From: Dipteris shenzhenensis
Lineage: Eukaryota
Assembly: GCA_047967505.1 (NCBI GenBank)
Contig: CM106538.1
Strand: one strand, 5' to 3'
Length of the DNA stretch: 64,000 nucleotides
Shown here: positions 51,081 to 64,000 of the stretch, piece after piece
How the letters are laid out: each line of letters begins with the position of its first letter
How positions within the stretch are numbered: the first letter of the stretch is position 1
Notes under the pieces: model-generated
Seen by the model: only the letters and a program-made list of their open reading frames with translations
What the model was told of the DNA's origin: nothing
The model's database searches: none
Position numbers and translations under genes: made by a program

Positions 51081-53205
51081 TTGACAACTCCAGAAAGGGA
51101 TGGTGTGATTAGGGAGGCCAAGGAAAGGGCTAGAAAGGGAAAAGCAATAGTTGGAGAGGAAACACATGAGGAGGTGCAAATGGAAAATCAAGAGGATAAC
51201 GTGGAAATGGCGGATATAGACTACGGTGATTATGGAATTCCGTATATGGAATTCACTAAACTTGAAACTCGAACAAAAAATATAGAAACACACCTAGGAG
51301 TTATCAGTGAAACACTAAAAACCCTAGCTGAAGCTATAACTAAGATTGCTGATTTTCAATCAGTATCTATTACTGAAAAATCACCAATTCCTCCTAATCA
51401 AGTTGAGAGGTCCACCTCTCGGCTTAGAGAAACCTCAAACATCCTTAAGGACTTAAACGCCAATTTTCAATGGGGAAGAAAAGGAGCATAATAAAGATGC
51501 GATTAATACACTCTTGCAAAAGTATCGACTCGCGAATACTCCTTCTAAAAATCAAGTCATGGAAGCAAGTCTTTCCCTTGGAAATAAAGCCTATAAAATG
51601 GTGGATGAGCCTCAAGGAGAGCGATAGAATTCCTAGGTATTGGACTGACTTTGAACAAGCCTTCCTAAAAGAGTTTTTATCGAAAAATAAATTAGAAAGA
51701 GCGTGGGAGGCCTGGGACAATTGCACTATGGGTAAAAACACTCTAGTCCAATACATAGTGAACTATAGGGAGGCAGTCCTTAAGTTGAGGGGAATCGATG
51801 AATTCCAAAAGATAAGGGGTTTCATGAGACGTCTCAAAGACACTTATAAGGCTGAGGTGAAAAGAAATTCTCCTAAAACCTTCGAAGAAGCCATTAAGTA
51901 TGCCCAAATATACGATGATACGATGGGGAAATTCAGAGTTGGAACTTTAGAGCAAATAGTTTTTGTTCCAAAGTTTAATAAATTTCCCAATTTGAAAAGG
52001 AAGGGGCACTTTAAGAAGGATGTTCCTTAGGCACCACCTAAGAAACCTCAAACACAAAATTATCCTCTCTTGAAGAAAGAGGATTATGAAAGGGCCAGGC
52101 AAGAAAATCTTTGCTTCAAATGTTTGGGCAAAGACCATGCTGTTTGGAATTGCCCTAAAAATAAACCAGCAGGAGCTAAAGCCCCATATAGACCTCCATA
52201 AAAACAAGTGCATGTGGTGCAAGTGTTGCCGCTTAATGGTACTAAAAAGTACACTAAGGTAGAGGTCTATCATGAGGATAGCACCCACATGTGTTGTCTA
52301 TCATCGGCAATGTGGCAGCCCACCTTTGGTCCTCATGATCTAATGAGGATGCATGGAAAAATTAAGCGACAAAGAGTAAGAGTGATGGTTGATGATAGTG
52401 CAACACATAATTTCTTGAACTACTCATTAGTTAAGAAATCAAAATTGCCTGAGAGTCCTAGTGCCCATAAATATGTGGTCTCTTTGGCAAAGGGCAATGA
52501 TAAAAAAGTTTTGGACACCATGATATATGGTGTAGAGGTGGATATTCAAGGCTATCAGGATGCCTTGGATTTGTAAATCATGCATCTCGAGACGAATAGA
52601 TGTAGTCCTTGGTCGAGAATAGTTGTATAGTCTTGGGCATAGCTTATAGAGGAGTTATCTTAATAACTCCATTATGTTTGAAAAAGAGGGTAGAGTCTTC
52701 CATATTTAAGGAGAACATGATGTGCCTATCTCTCCTCTTATTTGTTCGATGGAATTGGAACGACTACTACATCAAGAAGAATGCGAGGTATATTTTTGTG
52801 AACTTACTTTTATTGGTGATTCTATGTCTTCTGCATCGGAAAGAAGTAGTGTTCTTTTTGATAATGTTAAAAAGTATAAATCTTCTTTCAATGATTTAAT
52901 GTTTGAATTTAAAGATGTTTTTGCGTCTGATTTACTTGATGGTTTACCTCCTGAGAGAGAAATAGATCGTAAAATAGATTTAATTCCTGGATCTACCCCT
53001 ATTTGTAAACCCTCGTATAGGCTTAGTCAAACGGAGGAACGTGAGGTCAAAAGACAGTTAATGGAATATCTTAGGAAGGGCCAAATCCAAACAAGTAGCT
53101 CACCTTGGTTTGCACCACTTTTACCGGTAAAGCAAAAGGATGGTACTATGCGTTTATGCATAGATTACCGAGCACTGAATAAAATCACCATAAAAAATAA
53201 GTATA
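51081..53205 (+). pseudogene. Ty3/gypsy 5' portion: gag, zinc knuckle, protease, start of RT (disrupted)
   Basis: WW...[45 protein letters not shown]...SSSPWFAP...[23 protein letters not shown]. Confidence 0.9.
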
Positions 53206-53224
53206 AATACAGAGAGCAGACATA

Positions 53225-56200
53225 GTTTTAGATGCACCTATAGACGCACACCACGGACCAGACAGACGCAGTTTTAGATGTGCCACAGAGTTTTTAGATT
53301 AAATATTTGAAGAAAAGCAAATTTTTTTGGGTTGTTTGTTTGTAGGATGTCTTCATCTTCAACAAGTAGCTCCAGTGAGAATGAATCCATCCGTATCCAC
53401 CATCATGAAATGTGGTTGGAGCAAAAAATCAAATGTATGTGTGATCGATGTCGAGGAAACATGTATCGTGCACGCAGGATTACACTCAATCACATCTCAA
53501 AGTATGGAGAATGGGATGCGATCGTAAACATGGTAAGTGTTAAAGAGTTAAGGTTGATTGAGATACCTATGGGTGTTCATATGTTTGAGTTATGATCCCG
53601 TTTTAATTTGATACAAGATGCAGTGCCACACCCGCATATGTTGCCCTATGCTCGTCATGAGGAGGCGAAGTGTTGGCAATATGAGGTGGGATCTTTAGAA
53701 GGGACCGTTACGGATGCATGGAGTGATGGTGATAGTAGCCCTCCACCATTACCTCATGAAGCCGTGGAGGAGGAGGTGTTTGATGATATGGTGCGGGATT
53801 TATATGTCCATGAATCCGAAGGGAGGGATGATAGCATGGAGCAAGACGATCTTTTTACCGCAGCATCGACTTGTTTGAGGGGTGCACATTCTCTGTTCTA
53901 CGTGCCTCCCTTGAGTTACTAAACTTGCAAACCATCTATGGATGAAGCAATGCAAGTTTGAATGCATTACTCAAGTAAGCTTTAAAGTCTATTTTGCAAA
54001 CATGGTGAATTATGCTAGTGGGTCAATTACTCGAATGCTTTTCCTCATTTATGGTCTTTACATGCAAGCTCTTGTGTAAAATGCTTCCAAGGGAGAATAA
54101 ATTATCGACCTCAGAGATATGGCAAGGCAACATGTGACCTCTCTTGGAGGATTAGATTACAGGCACATCCATGCATGCGTCAATGATTGTGTTTTGTTTC
54201 GTGGACTACATAAGGATGCAAGAGAGTGTCCTACTTGTGGAGAGGCAAGATATAGAGTAGATCTCAAAACTTTGGATGTGCCTCATAAGGTTCTGCGACA
54301 TTTTCCCATAATCCTCGCATCCAACATATGTTCAAGTGCAAATCCATTGCAGACCTCATGTCATGGCATTCCTCCCATCGATCAACCGATGGCAAGTGGA
54401 GAACTCCTGCAGACACTCCTGCATGGAAGCATATTGAAGACACATGGCCAAGCTTCAAGGAAGAACCTAGGAGCTTGAGACTTGGATTGGGTATGGATAG
54501 TGTGAACCCATTTGCTCTCAAAAGCACCTCTTATAGTGTATGGCCAGTGATATTGGTGAATTATAATCTTCCACCCTCTATGGCTATTAAGAAAGGAGAT
54601 GTTATGTTGTCCCTTCTAATTCCAGGGAAACATAAAGTCAAAAATACTGATGTTTATTTGGAGCCTTTGATTGACGAGCTAGAGATACTTTGGAGAGGTA
54701 TCGAGGTGCATGATGTGAGCAGGCCTCCCTCATCACGAGACTTCAACTGCAAAGTAGTCTTGATGTGGATGATGCATGACTTCCTAGGCTATGGCGAGTG
54801 TTCAGGTAAGCATTGCACTTTTAATTATGCGTAGGCAACCGATGTGGCACCTTGAACCCACCTTCAACTCTTAATTGCATCTATTGTTTAGGTCTCACTA
54901 CATCGGGTTACCATGCATGTCCTATTTGTGGTCCTTCGCTAGCTGCCTCACGGGCAAACGCATTGAATAAGGTCATCTATGAGAATCACCATCGATTTCT
55001 CCCACCTGATTATCCTAGATATGTTGCCCCTTGGAATGAAGTCCTTCCACGATCACTCACTGCAGGCGATTGGATGAGAATTCGGGACGGTTTCATGACT
55101 CCTCCACCACTTGGCATGAGGCGATAAGGGTTTGTAACTATTGTGTGCTATGTTGGCTAGAAATAAAGATTGCCTGCTAACATCAGCTTTTGTTTAGATA
55201 CTCCATCTTTTATCGTTTACCATATTGGTCCCACTAGCTCAAGATCAATCACCTGCTTGATCCCATGCATATCTTCAAGAATGTGGCATCTACCACTTGG
55301 AAGCATTTGAATGGGACACGAGATTCTGCAGGCATAAGGGAGGATCTACGTACCACAGGGAGGATGCGTGAAGCTTGGCCACAAGAGAGACCAAATAGGC
55401 GTGTTTTTTTACCTCGTGCACCATGGAGGTTATCAAAGCTAGAGATGGCGGCGGTGAAGCGCGCTATTACTACAATTCGTACTCCCACTGGATGCATGAG
55501 GTGTTTGAAGGGGGCCTTTACAAAGAGCAAGAAAAGAGGTGTAGAGCAATTATGTGGCTTGAAATCTCATGATTGGCACAAGATACTCCAAGTAAGTATT
55601 TTATGTGCATAATATCTTTTTCCTTTCAAATTTGTGAGTGAATAATTATAAGCAACTAATCAACCACCTCCTTGTGGGTTCAGTTCATACTACCTACTAG
55701 CATTTCTTGTAGTGCATCGAAGGACATGAAGGATTATATTTACAAGATGGGCGAGCTTGTGAGGTGCTTTACATGATACAAAATATGATGCGTATCAATG
55801 CTCCATGCAAGGTGTTCATATTGCACTTATGGTGTACTTTTTCATTTCTAGGTATGTGAGCTCAAAGAAAATAGACCCCACCACACTTGAGAATGCTCAA
55901 GTTATGCCAGTGGAGGTGGTTTGTTTAGTGGAGGAGACATTTCCACGTTCTATTCTCACAAGCCAACTACATCTTATAGTGCATTTGGTGGATGAGATTG
56001 CTATATGCGGTACTATACATGCACGATGGTTGTTCTTCGTCGAGTGCTTCATGAAGACCTTGAAGGGCTTTGTGAGACAAAATGCAAGACCCGAGGGTAG
56101 CATTGCCGAGGGTTGGTTGGTACAAGAGTCACTTGTATATATTTCTGAGTTTCTTGTTGATGTGGATAGCTCTCTCCCATGACTATGGAGAGATGATGAA

Positions 56201-56270
56201 GACCTAAGGATGACCTCTATTGTGCCTCAAGGGAAAGGATGCAACAAAGTAATAGACACGAAGTTGATTA
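53225..56270 (+). mobile_element. CACTA 5' half: TAGACGC-like repeats and intron-containing TnpD transposase (Transposase_21/DUF4218-like), disrupted
   Basis: IHACVNDCVLF...CPTC; SYSVWPVILVNYNLPP; YLEPLIDEL; GYHACPIC; LDPMHIFKN; GLKSHDWH; HLIVHLVDE; ARPEGSIAEG. Confidence 0.9.
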
Positions 56271-57803
56271 AATCCCCTCTCCTTTTTTTCATCAATAAGG
56301 GGGAGGGGGCAATAAGGGGGGGTTCACAACCACCAGGGAATAAGGGGAGGGGTAGTGAACCTTCCCCAATCCCATCGCCTCTCTTTCGATGCCCATCCCC
56401 TCTCCTTTTTTCCATCATCCCATCCCCTCTCTTCTGTCATGTCGCGATGAAGATTTAACAAAAGATCTAACATTCTCCTAAACAAAAAAACCCAACATTC
56501 TCCTAAACATTCTTTCATCCTTTCCTCATCGAAAATGCATGACATTCTCTTTCCCAAGATCTCTTACCAACAATAGTACAAGAGTAAGAGATCTTTCCGA
56601 CACTTTTTCTCTGTTGTATTTTTAAGAGTACGACACTTCTAGTAGGCTCCTCCCGATTTCTTCTCACTCCCTTATCTGGTACCTCTATTTGGTTTTCCAT
56701 CCCAATTTCTTCCAACCTCTTTCTCTCCCTCCATCCCGCTCCAGAATGTCCGTCAATCAAAATTTCCACCATCGCTCACCACAACATCGATTTCTCGTAG
56801 TCCCCACTATTGCATCGATTTATGTTCAAAAATTCCACCATTCCCCATCGTCATCGCCATTGCCACTGCCATCGCCATCGCCAAAAATTCCGTCATCGAT
56901 TTATGTTGAAAATTTCCATCATTCCCCATCGCCATCGCTAAAAATTTTGTCCACCACTGCCATCGCTCATTATCCGCCAAAAATAACATCGCCATCGCCA
57001 CTACTAGTCTGCCATTGCTTGCCGATGCAACCACCACCCCCCATGATTTGTAAAGGGAAGGGATCCTCATGCCCTTCCATCGCTTCCCTCTGCCCTTATT
57101 CCGTCACTCCCTCATGTCTATTTCACCCTTCCATCGCGATCGTTGCGATTGTTTCCTGCGCATCGCTCCCCTTTCCTCACACCGCCGTTTCCTCCCTTCC
57201 ATCGCGCCTTCCCTCCCTCGGTCATTCTTGTCCCATCGCTTTCCTTCAGTGCCATTCCCTCCCTTCCATTCATCCTTTCTCTCTCTTTTCTTCCTTTTTC
57301 CATCGGCCAAACGATTCATTTCTCTCTCCTTTCTCTCAATTTCAGTTTCTTAAATATTTAAGAAAAGAAAACATGAATATAAATTCTTCATACTTGGATA
57401 ACCTGGCTAAAGGTTTTGTAGATAGGATGTAGACTCGGTTTTGTAGATAGACTCCTTGATTCTTCCTCTTGCTCCAATTGATTGAGATAAGAATTAACGA
57501 AGAGAAGAAGACCTTTTTATACTTCTTTAGGGCAAATTAAGATTTTCCTTTTCTACCCTTCTCTTTTCTTTTTCCTTTTATTTCCTTTCACTAGCCTTTT
57601 TCCTTTTCCTTTCCTTTCACCCTTCTCTTTCTTTCATATACTAAGCACATTTGTTCTTGATTAATTATACTCAATTATTTTTATAATAAACACGCCTTTT
57701 TTTAAACTACTAACCTCACAAATATTTTTCATGTCAATTGTTACTCAAAATTGGCTATCCATTGAATCATGCATTTTTTAAAACTACTAACTTTCCAAAC
57801 TCT

Positions 57804-59215
57804 TAGGTGTGTTATCTAAACAAGTACTTATCGGATGGGTGCGCCACTTTGCACCTAAGTCAATACCACCTAGGTTGAGGGGTATGCAAAGTATTGTGTC
57901 CATCGGATAAGCTTTGCATTGTCGATCAAGCATTAAACACCATTTTTTCCTCAATGTGATGCACATTCCTAAAAAAACACGCTCCTAGGTGTGTTATCCA
58001 AACAAGTACTTATCGGATGAGCACACCACTTTGCACCCAAGTCAATACCATCCAGGTTGAGATGCATGCAAAGTGTTGTATCCATCATATATGCTTTGTA
58101 TGGTCAATCAAGAATTAAACATCGTTTTTGCCTTAGTGTCATGCACAACCATATAAAAACATGGTCGTAGGTGTGTTATTCCAACAAGTACTTATCGGAT
58201 GGGTGCACCACTTTGTAATAATGTAAATACCACCTAGGTTGAGATATGTGCAAATTATTGTGTCCATCGGGTATGATTTACATGATCGATCACGCATTAT
58301 ACACCATTTTCCCCCTAGTGTTATGCACCACCATAAAAAAACATAGTCCTAGGTGTGTTATTCGAATAAGAACTTATCGTATGGGCATGCAACTTTGCAC
58401 CCAAGTCCATACCATCTAGCTTGAGGTGCATGCAAAGTATTGTGTGCATCATCACATATGCTTTGAATGGTCGATCAAGAATTAAACATCGTTTTTGCTT
58501 TCGTGTCATGCACAACCATATAAAAACATGGTCCTAGGTGTGTTATTCCAACATGTACTTATTGGATGGGTGCTCCACTTTGCAAGCATATAAATACCAC
58601 CTAGTTTGAGGTGCGTGCAAAGTATTGTGCCCATCGAATAGGCTTTGCATTGTTAATCAAGCATTAAACACCGTTTTTGCCTCAATGTGATGCACATTCG
58701 TCAAAAAACACGCTCCTAGATGTGTTATCCAACAAAGTACTTATTGGATGGGCACATCACTTTGCATGCAAGTCAATATCATCTAGGTTGAGATGTGTGC
58801 AAAGTATTGTCCATTGGATATGATTTGCATGCTCAATCACGCATTATACAATGTTTTCCTCCTAGAGTTATTCACAACCATCAATAAAAGCGCTCCCATG
58901 TATGTTATTCGAATAAGTACTTATGGGATGGACCTACCACTTTTCATGCACATCAATATCACCTAAATGGAGACCTATGCAAAGTATTAAGACCATCAGA
59001 TATGATATGCATGGTCGACCAAGCATTAAACTCCGCTTTTGCCTTAGTGTCATGCATAAGCATCAAAAAACATTGTCCTAGGTGTGTTATTCCAACAAGT
59101 AATTGGATTGGTGTGCCACATTGCATGTAGCTCAATACCACCTAGGCTGAGGTTCGTGCAAAGTATTGTGCCCATCAGGTATACTTTGCATGCTCGATCA
59201 TGCATTATATACTAT
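57804..59215 (+). repeat. ~182-bp satellite-like tandem repeat, ~7.7 diverged copies
   Basis: TAGGTGTGTTAT..AACAAGTACTTATCGGATGGG recurs at 57804, 57986, 58168, 58350, 58535, 58717, ~58897, 59079. Confidence 0.92.
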
Positions 59216-59302
59216 TTTTTAAAAGGGCAAAGAAACAATTCATCGCACCTATGAAAATTCCTCTCCTACCCCCTTTCATGCTCTATCCAAGCCCCCTTCC
59301 AC

Positions 59303-62300
59303 TGTGGGGGTTAAAGGTCACTGTGCCTTAACCCCAGTTATGTACAATACTCAAACACATATATAAATGAATGAAAAAGAAGATTAGGGTGGTTCTGCAC
59401 CCACCAAACTTGTGTGGCTCTCTGTCTCTCTCTCTCCTTCTTTCGTTCTTGCTTCCGTTGAGAGCACTCTCAACTGGTATCAGAGCTCGGGTGATCTAGC
59501 TCAGCGTGCGTGAATACTTGGAAGCTCAGCAACTCTGTGGGAGGAAGGAGAAGCTTTGTGGAAAGCATTGTGGGTGACTTTACTTGCATCCGAGTGTGCA
59601 GAGACCTTGGAGGAACCTTTGGAAAAGTCACTTTGGCTTTGCGAAGTGGTTTTGAGAGCCTGTTAAGAGCTTTCAAAGAAAAAGTCGTTTTTTGAGCTTT
59701 TCCCTGTTCCGTTCGATGACAGAGACTCCATATTGACTTGTGGAGGCAACTATTGCTTGCTTTTGGTGTCCACATTACTTCAGGAGCTTGGAAACACCTT
59801 CATTCTTGAATCTGAGATCATTTCAGTGGATTTCTGACTCACTGTATCAGTTCCTGCGTTTTTTGCCCGGGTGTTGGAACTCAAGTTTGGAGCAACCATT
59901 TGCAGATCTGTCAGTTCCGGTGGACTCAGGAGGTCCTAAAACTTCTATGTTGCTCATCATTCGCACTCCGGTGGAGTTTACAGATAGCTCTGTTTCCAAA
60001 AACGTTTTTCAGTCCGTGTGTTGGACCCAGTGATTGAGACCACGGTTTCCAAAACCGTCTGTCCCATTGCGTTCCGGACGCCCAAAAACCCCTACCTATC
60101 AGTTCTTGCGTGATTCGGTGGAGGATTTTCAGAGTTATAAATCTCTGTGTATTCGATTTCACCTCTCTGTTATGCATTTTTCATGCTAAGGTTTTGAAAC
60201 CTTAGATTTATGCCACATGGCAGTGGATAAGTGTTGACTCCCATTTCTCATTCATCGGTTGGAATTTTGGAGTTCTGGCAGAAGAGAGATATTTGCAGAT
60301 TTTCTTGCTGAGTCCAATTATGCGATGGCGCCCATGTTTTGAAGCATCTCAGGTCCTATTTTCAGTAGCGCTCATTACTGTGGGACTATGATTTCTTGAG
60401 CATACCTTATGCAGATCACTCTGGTTGCAGGAGCAGTGTGCGCTCATTCGTGGTATGCATTGGGTTGCAGTGGATGATTTATAGGCCATTTGGATGCATT
60501 GCGGTCCTTGTTGGATGCACTGATTGCCTTGTGGGATGCTATTTTTATGGATGCTTTGCACATGGATGCTATTTTATGCTGAGGGACAGCTTTGACACAT
60601 TGCAGGTGACGCACTGATAGTGCTATGCTCTCTTGGATGAGACATTATTGATGCATATGCCAGTGGACAGTGCTTATGCTTGAGTCATTTGGCACTTATT
60701 GGCATTTTCTTTTGGGCCAGATTTGCTCATATGGATGCATAGTATATGCACATGAGTCAGATGCATCTTTTGATGCTTTGAGCTTTGAATTTTGGTGATA
60801 TTTCACTCTATTGTGGCATACACATTTGGGTGCACCTGGTATTTGGTGTGATTCTCTCTTGCAGGCACTAGCATTTGGGATTTTGCTTTATTTGCATCAT
60901 GGCATCCTCTTCCATGCCTGAAAAGGAGTTTTTCAGCATTAAAAAGTTTGATGGGACAAACTTTTCTTTGTGGAAAGAACAGATAAGGGATGTGCTTATT
61001 CAAAAGAAGCAGATTAAACCCTTGGCAGGGATTGAAGCTAAGCCTGCAAATATGTTTGAGGATGATTGGAATGAGTTGGATGCATTAGCAAAGTCTACTA
61101 TTAGACTTCATCTTGCAGAGTCAGTTTATTTCACAGTAGTAAATGAGCAGACTACGGAAGATTTGTGGAAGAAATTGTGTGCCACTTATGAAAAGGAAAC
61201 TGCCTCTTATAAAGTTTACCTCATGAAGAGGTTGTTTGAGCTGCAAATGAAGGAAGGGGTCTCCATTGCTTCTCACTTGAATGAATTCAATATTATTTTC
61301 AGCCAGCTTCAGGCTCAGAAAATGAATTTTGATGCGGAGACTAAGGCAATATTTCTCTTATGTTCATTGCCATCCTCATGGGATACCTTCCGTACAGCTG
61401 TCAGTAACTCTGCACCTGGTGGAGTACTGAAATTTGATGATGTTGTGGGTAGCTTGTTGGCCGAGGAGATTAGACGGAAGTCTATGGATGGCAACAAGCA
61501 GGATGCAGCCTTAAATGTGCAAAGGGGCAGATCACAGTTCAGGGGGAAGTCCCAAGAAAGAGGGAAGTCTCGTAGCAAATCCAGGGCACGGAACATTGAG
61601 TGTTACCATTGTGGCAAGAAGGGCCATATGAAAAAGGATTGCTACAAGCTGAAAAGAGAGCAAAAGGATAAGAAAAAGAATGCAAATTGGGGTGCAAATC
61701 AAAAGGAAGAGAGTCCAAGGGAGGACAAAGGAAAAGTGAAGATCGAGGAGATCAATGCAGTCACACATGATAGTGACAATGACGTTCTCTTCATGTCTAG
61801 TTTATCTGCAGAGTTGCTTACCACTTCAGATGATGCATATTCCCAGGATTGGATTTTGGATTCTGGTGCTTCATTCCATGTTACTCCCCATAGGGAATGG
61901 TTCTCCACTTATGATAGTGGAAAGACAGGTTGTGTGCATCTTGGAAATGACTATGCATGTGACATAGTGGGAGCAGGTGACATAAAGTTTTCTTTTGCAA
62001 ATGGGTCTGCATTTGTTTTGAAACATGTGAGACATGTGCCTAAGCTGACCAAGAGTCTTATTTCAGTGGGTCAACTAGATGATGCTGGTTTTCACACCAC
62101 TTTTGGCTTTCAAAGTTGGAAAATTCAAAAGGGCTCTATGCTTTTGGCTAGGGGTGCCAAGTGTGGGACTTTGTATCCCTTACATGTATCAGGGGTATTT
62201 GATCATGTTGTTGCAATAACCGAGTAGCCAAGCACTTCTTTGTGGCATTGCAGGTTGGGGCACATGAGCTAGAATGGAATGAAACTCTTATGCCGTTTGG

Positions 62301-64000
62301 GTTATGTACCGCATTTGAGTTTCTCTGATTTTGAATTTTGTGAGCACTGTCTCTATGGGAAGCAGACTAAATCAGCCCATAAAAGAAGGGGAAAGAAAGA
62401 GTTTGAAATGCTTGATTTGGTGCATTCAGACGTATGTGGTCCCATGCCTACACGGTCATTAGGCGGGGCCGAATACTATGTGACATTCATTGATGATGCA
62501 ACTAGGAAAGTGTGGGCTTATGCTATAGCTCGGAAAAGTGATGTGTTCCAGCTATTTCAGAAATGGCTCGCCTTGGTTGAGAATCAGTCAGGTAGAACGC
62601 TTAAATGCCTACGGACTGACAATGGTGGAGAGTATCTCTCTCATGACTTTCAGCATTTCTGTGATACACGTGGGATTAAGAGGGAGCTCACATCCCCTCA
62701 TACTCCAGAGCAAAATCCAGTTGCAGAAAAGATGAATCGTACCATTCAAGAAAGGTTGCAATGCATGCTTTCCAATGCAAGTCTTTCTGGTGGTTTTTGG
62801 GCTGAGGCAATGAAGACTGCAGTGCATGTGATCAATAGATCACCTAGTAAGAGTTTGGATGGTGGTATTCCTGAAGAGGCATGGAGTGGCAAGAAGCCCT
62901 CTTACTCTCATTTGCGTATATTTGGGTGTGAGGCATATGCACATGTGCCAAAAGAGCTTCGAAAGAAGCTAGATCCTAAGTCTAGGAAATGCATCTTTCT
63001 AGGTTATGGTGAAAGTGGAGAGATGGGCTATCGTCTCTGGGATCCAGAAGCAAAGAAGATCATACGCAGCCATGATGTGGTCTTCAATGAGAAGAAGATG
63101 CATAAGGCACCCATGAGGGATGTGGAAATGAGGAGAATCACTTTCCAGGATGTGAATCCACCTGCATATGTTGATAGGCAGCAAGCTATCCATGCACCAA
63201 ATGTGCAAGAAATGGTACAACCAAGTACTCCCACAGGTATACAATCAAGGGTAGATGATGGATCATCTATTGGTGGAAATGATGAGCCAAATGTGGCTGA
63301 TATGCAAGTGGGACAGCAAGCTGAAATGCCCTTGAGAAGATCATCTAGAGTGTCTAGACCGCTTGATAGGTTTGTTCCAGGGGTAGACTATGTGATGCTT
63401 ACTGATTGCGGGGAGCCTTCTTGCTACAGAGAGGCTATGATGCGTGAGGATCAACGCAAGTGGGAGTATGCTATGCAATCAGAGATGAGTTCACTTATGA
63501 AGAATAAGACTTGGGACTTGGTTTCTTTGCCACATGGAAAGAAAGCATTGCCATGTAAATGGGTCTACAAAATGAAGGTCACAGGTGATGATGTGCCTAG
63601 GTACAAGGCCCGTTTGGTTGCTAAAGGGTTCAAGCAAGAGAAGGGTGTGGACTTTGATGAGATATTCTCTCCGGTTGTGAAGATGACCATACTTAGATGC
63701 ATGCTTGGACTAGTGGCATCAGAGGATATGGAGCTTATGCAGATGGATGTCAAGACAGCTTTCTTGCATGGGGATTTGCATGAGGAAATTTACATGGTGC
63801 AGCCGGAAGGCTTTGAAGAAAAGGGCAAAGAGCATTTAGTTTGCAAGCTGAAGAAGAGTCTCTATGGTCTTAAGCAAGCACCTAGAGAATGGTATCAAAA
63901 GTTTGATGCTTTCATTCGGTCCCAGGGTTTTAGAAGGAGTGAAATTGATCACTGCCTCTACACTAAAAGGGCTAAGGATAGTAGCCTGATAATCCTGGCA
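59303..64000 (+). mobile_element. Second Ty1/copia (Tnt1/Tork-like), truncated by the window end
   Basis: Probable short LTR 59303-59472 (TG..CA; start uncertain), PBS TGGTATCAGAGC at 59475-59486, ~1.4-kb leader. Confidence 0.9.
60899..64000 (+). pseudogene. Copia gag-pol with two in-frame TAG stops (62225, 62270); the frame then stays open to the window end
   Basis: KFDGTNFSLWK; CYHCGKKGHMKKDC; WILDSGASFH; LVHSDVCGP; LRTDNGGEY; QMDVKTAFLHG. Confidence 0.92.

Noticed and set aside
56689-57432. 247-aa Pro/Ser-rich ORF
   Set aside because: Low-complexity CCATCG repeats; no domain or splice support.

Overview
Repeat-dense land-plant nuclear DNA; a seed-free plant such as a fern is my inference, not something the sequence proves. 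I find one clearly intact host gene, a 5-exon GDSL esterase/lipase at 45547-47358. The rest is nested transposons: a very young Ty1/copia (3867-9341; 298-bp LTRs differing at 1 site, TSD AGTTA), a second copia running off the right edge, Ty3/gypsy and CACTA pieces that look scrambled by an inversion (47.7-56.3 kb), LINE and copia relics, a ~182-bp satellite, and a histone H3-like relic. The most unusual feature is a 15.6-kb DNA transposon (21925-37501; 27-bp TIRs, possible AAAA TSD). It carries two divergent genes: a Sola-like DDD transposase on +, and on - a protein with a ParB/Srx-like (QR..LD / IDGQH) domain followed by what looks like a degenerate beta-class N4/N6 DNA-methyltransferase fold. 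The 7 kb between them holds about 20 copies of a 16-bp palindrome, TGTTGC-N4-GCAACA, which has the same length and TGTT...AACA ends as bacterial parS. It also holds a CpG-rich G/C island and a fold-back array bracketed by (CCCTAAA)n...(TTTAGGG)n telomere-like tracts. All domain calls are motif recognition by eye; no searches were run.
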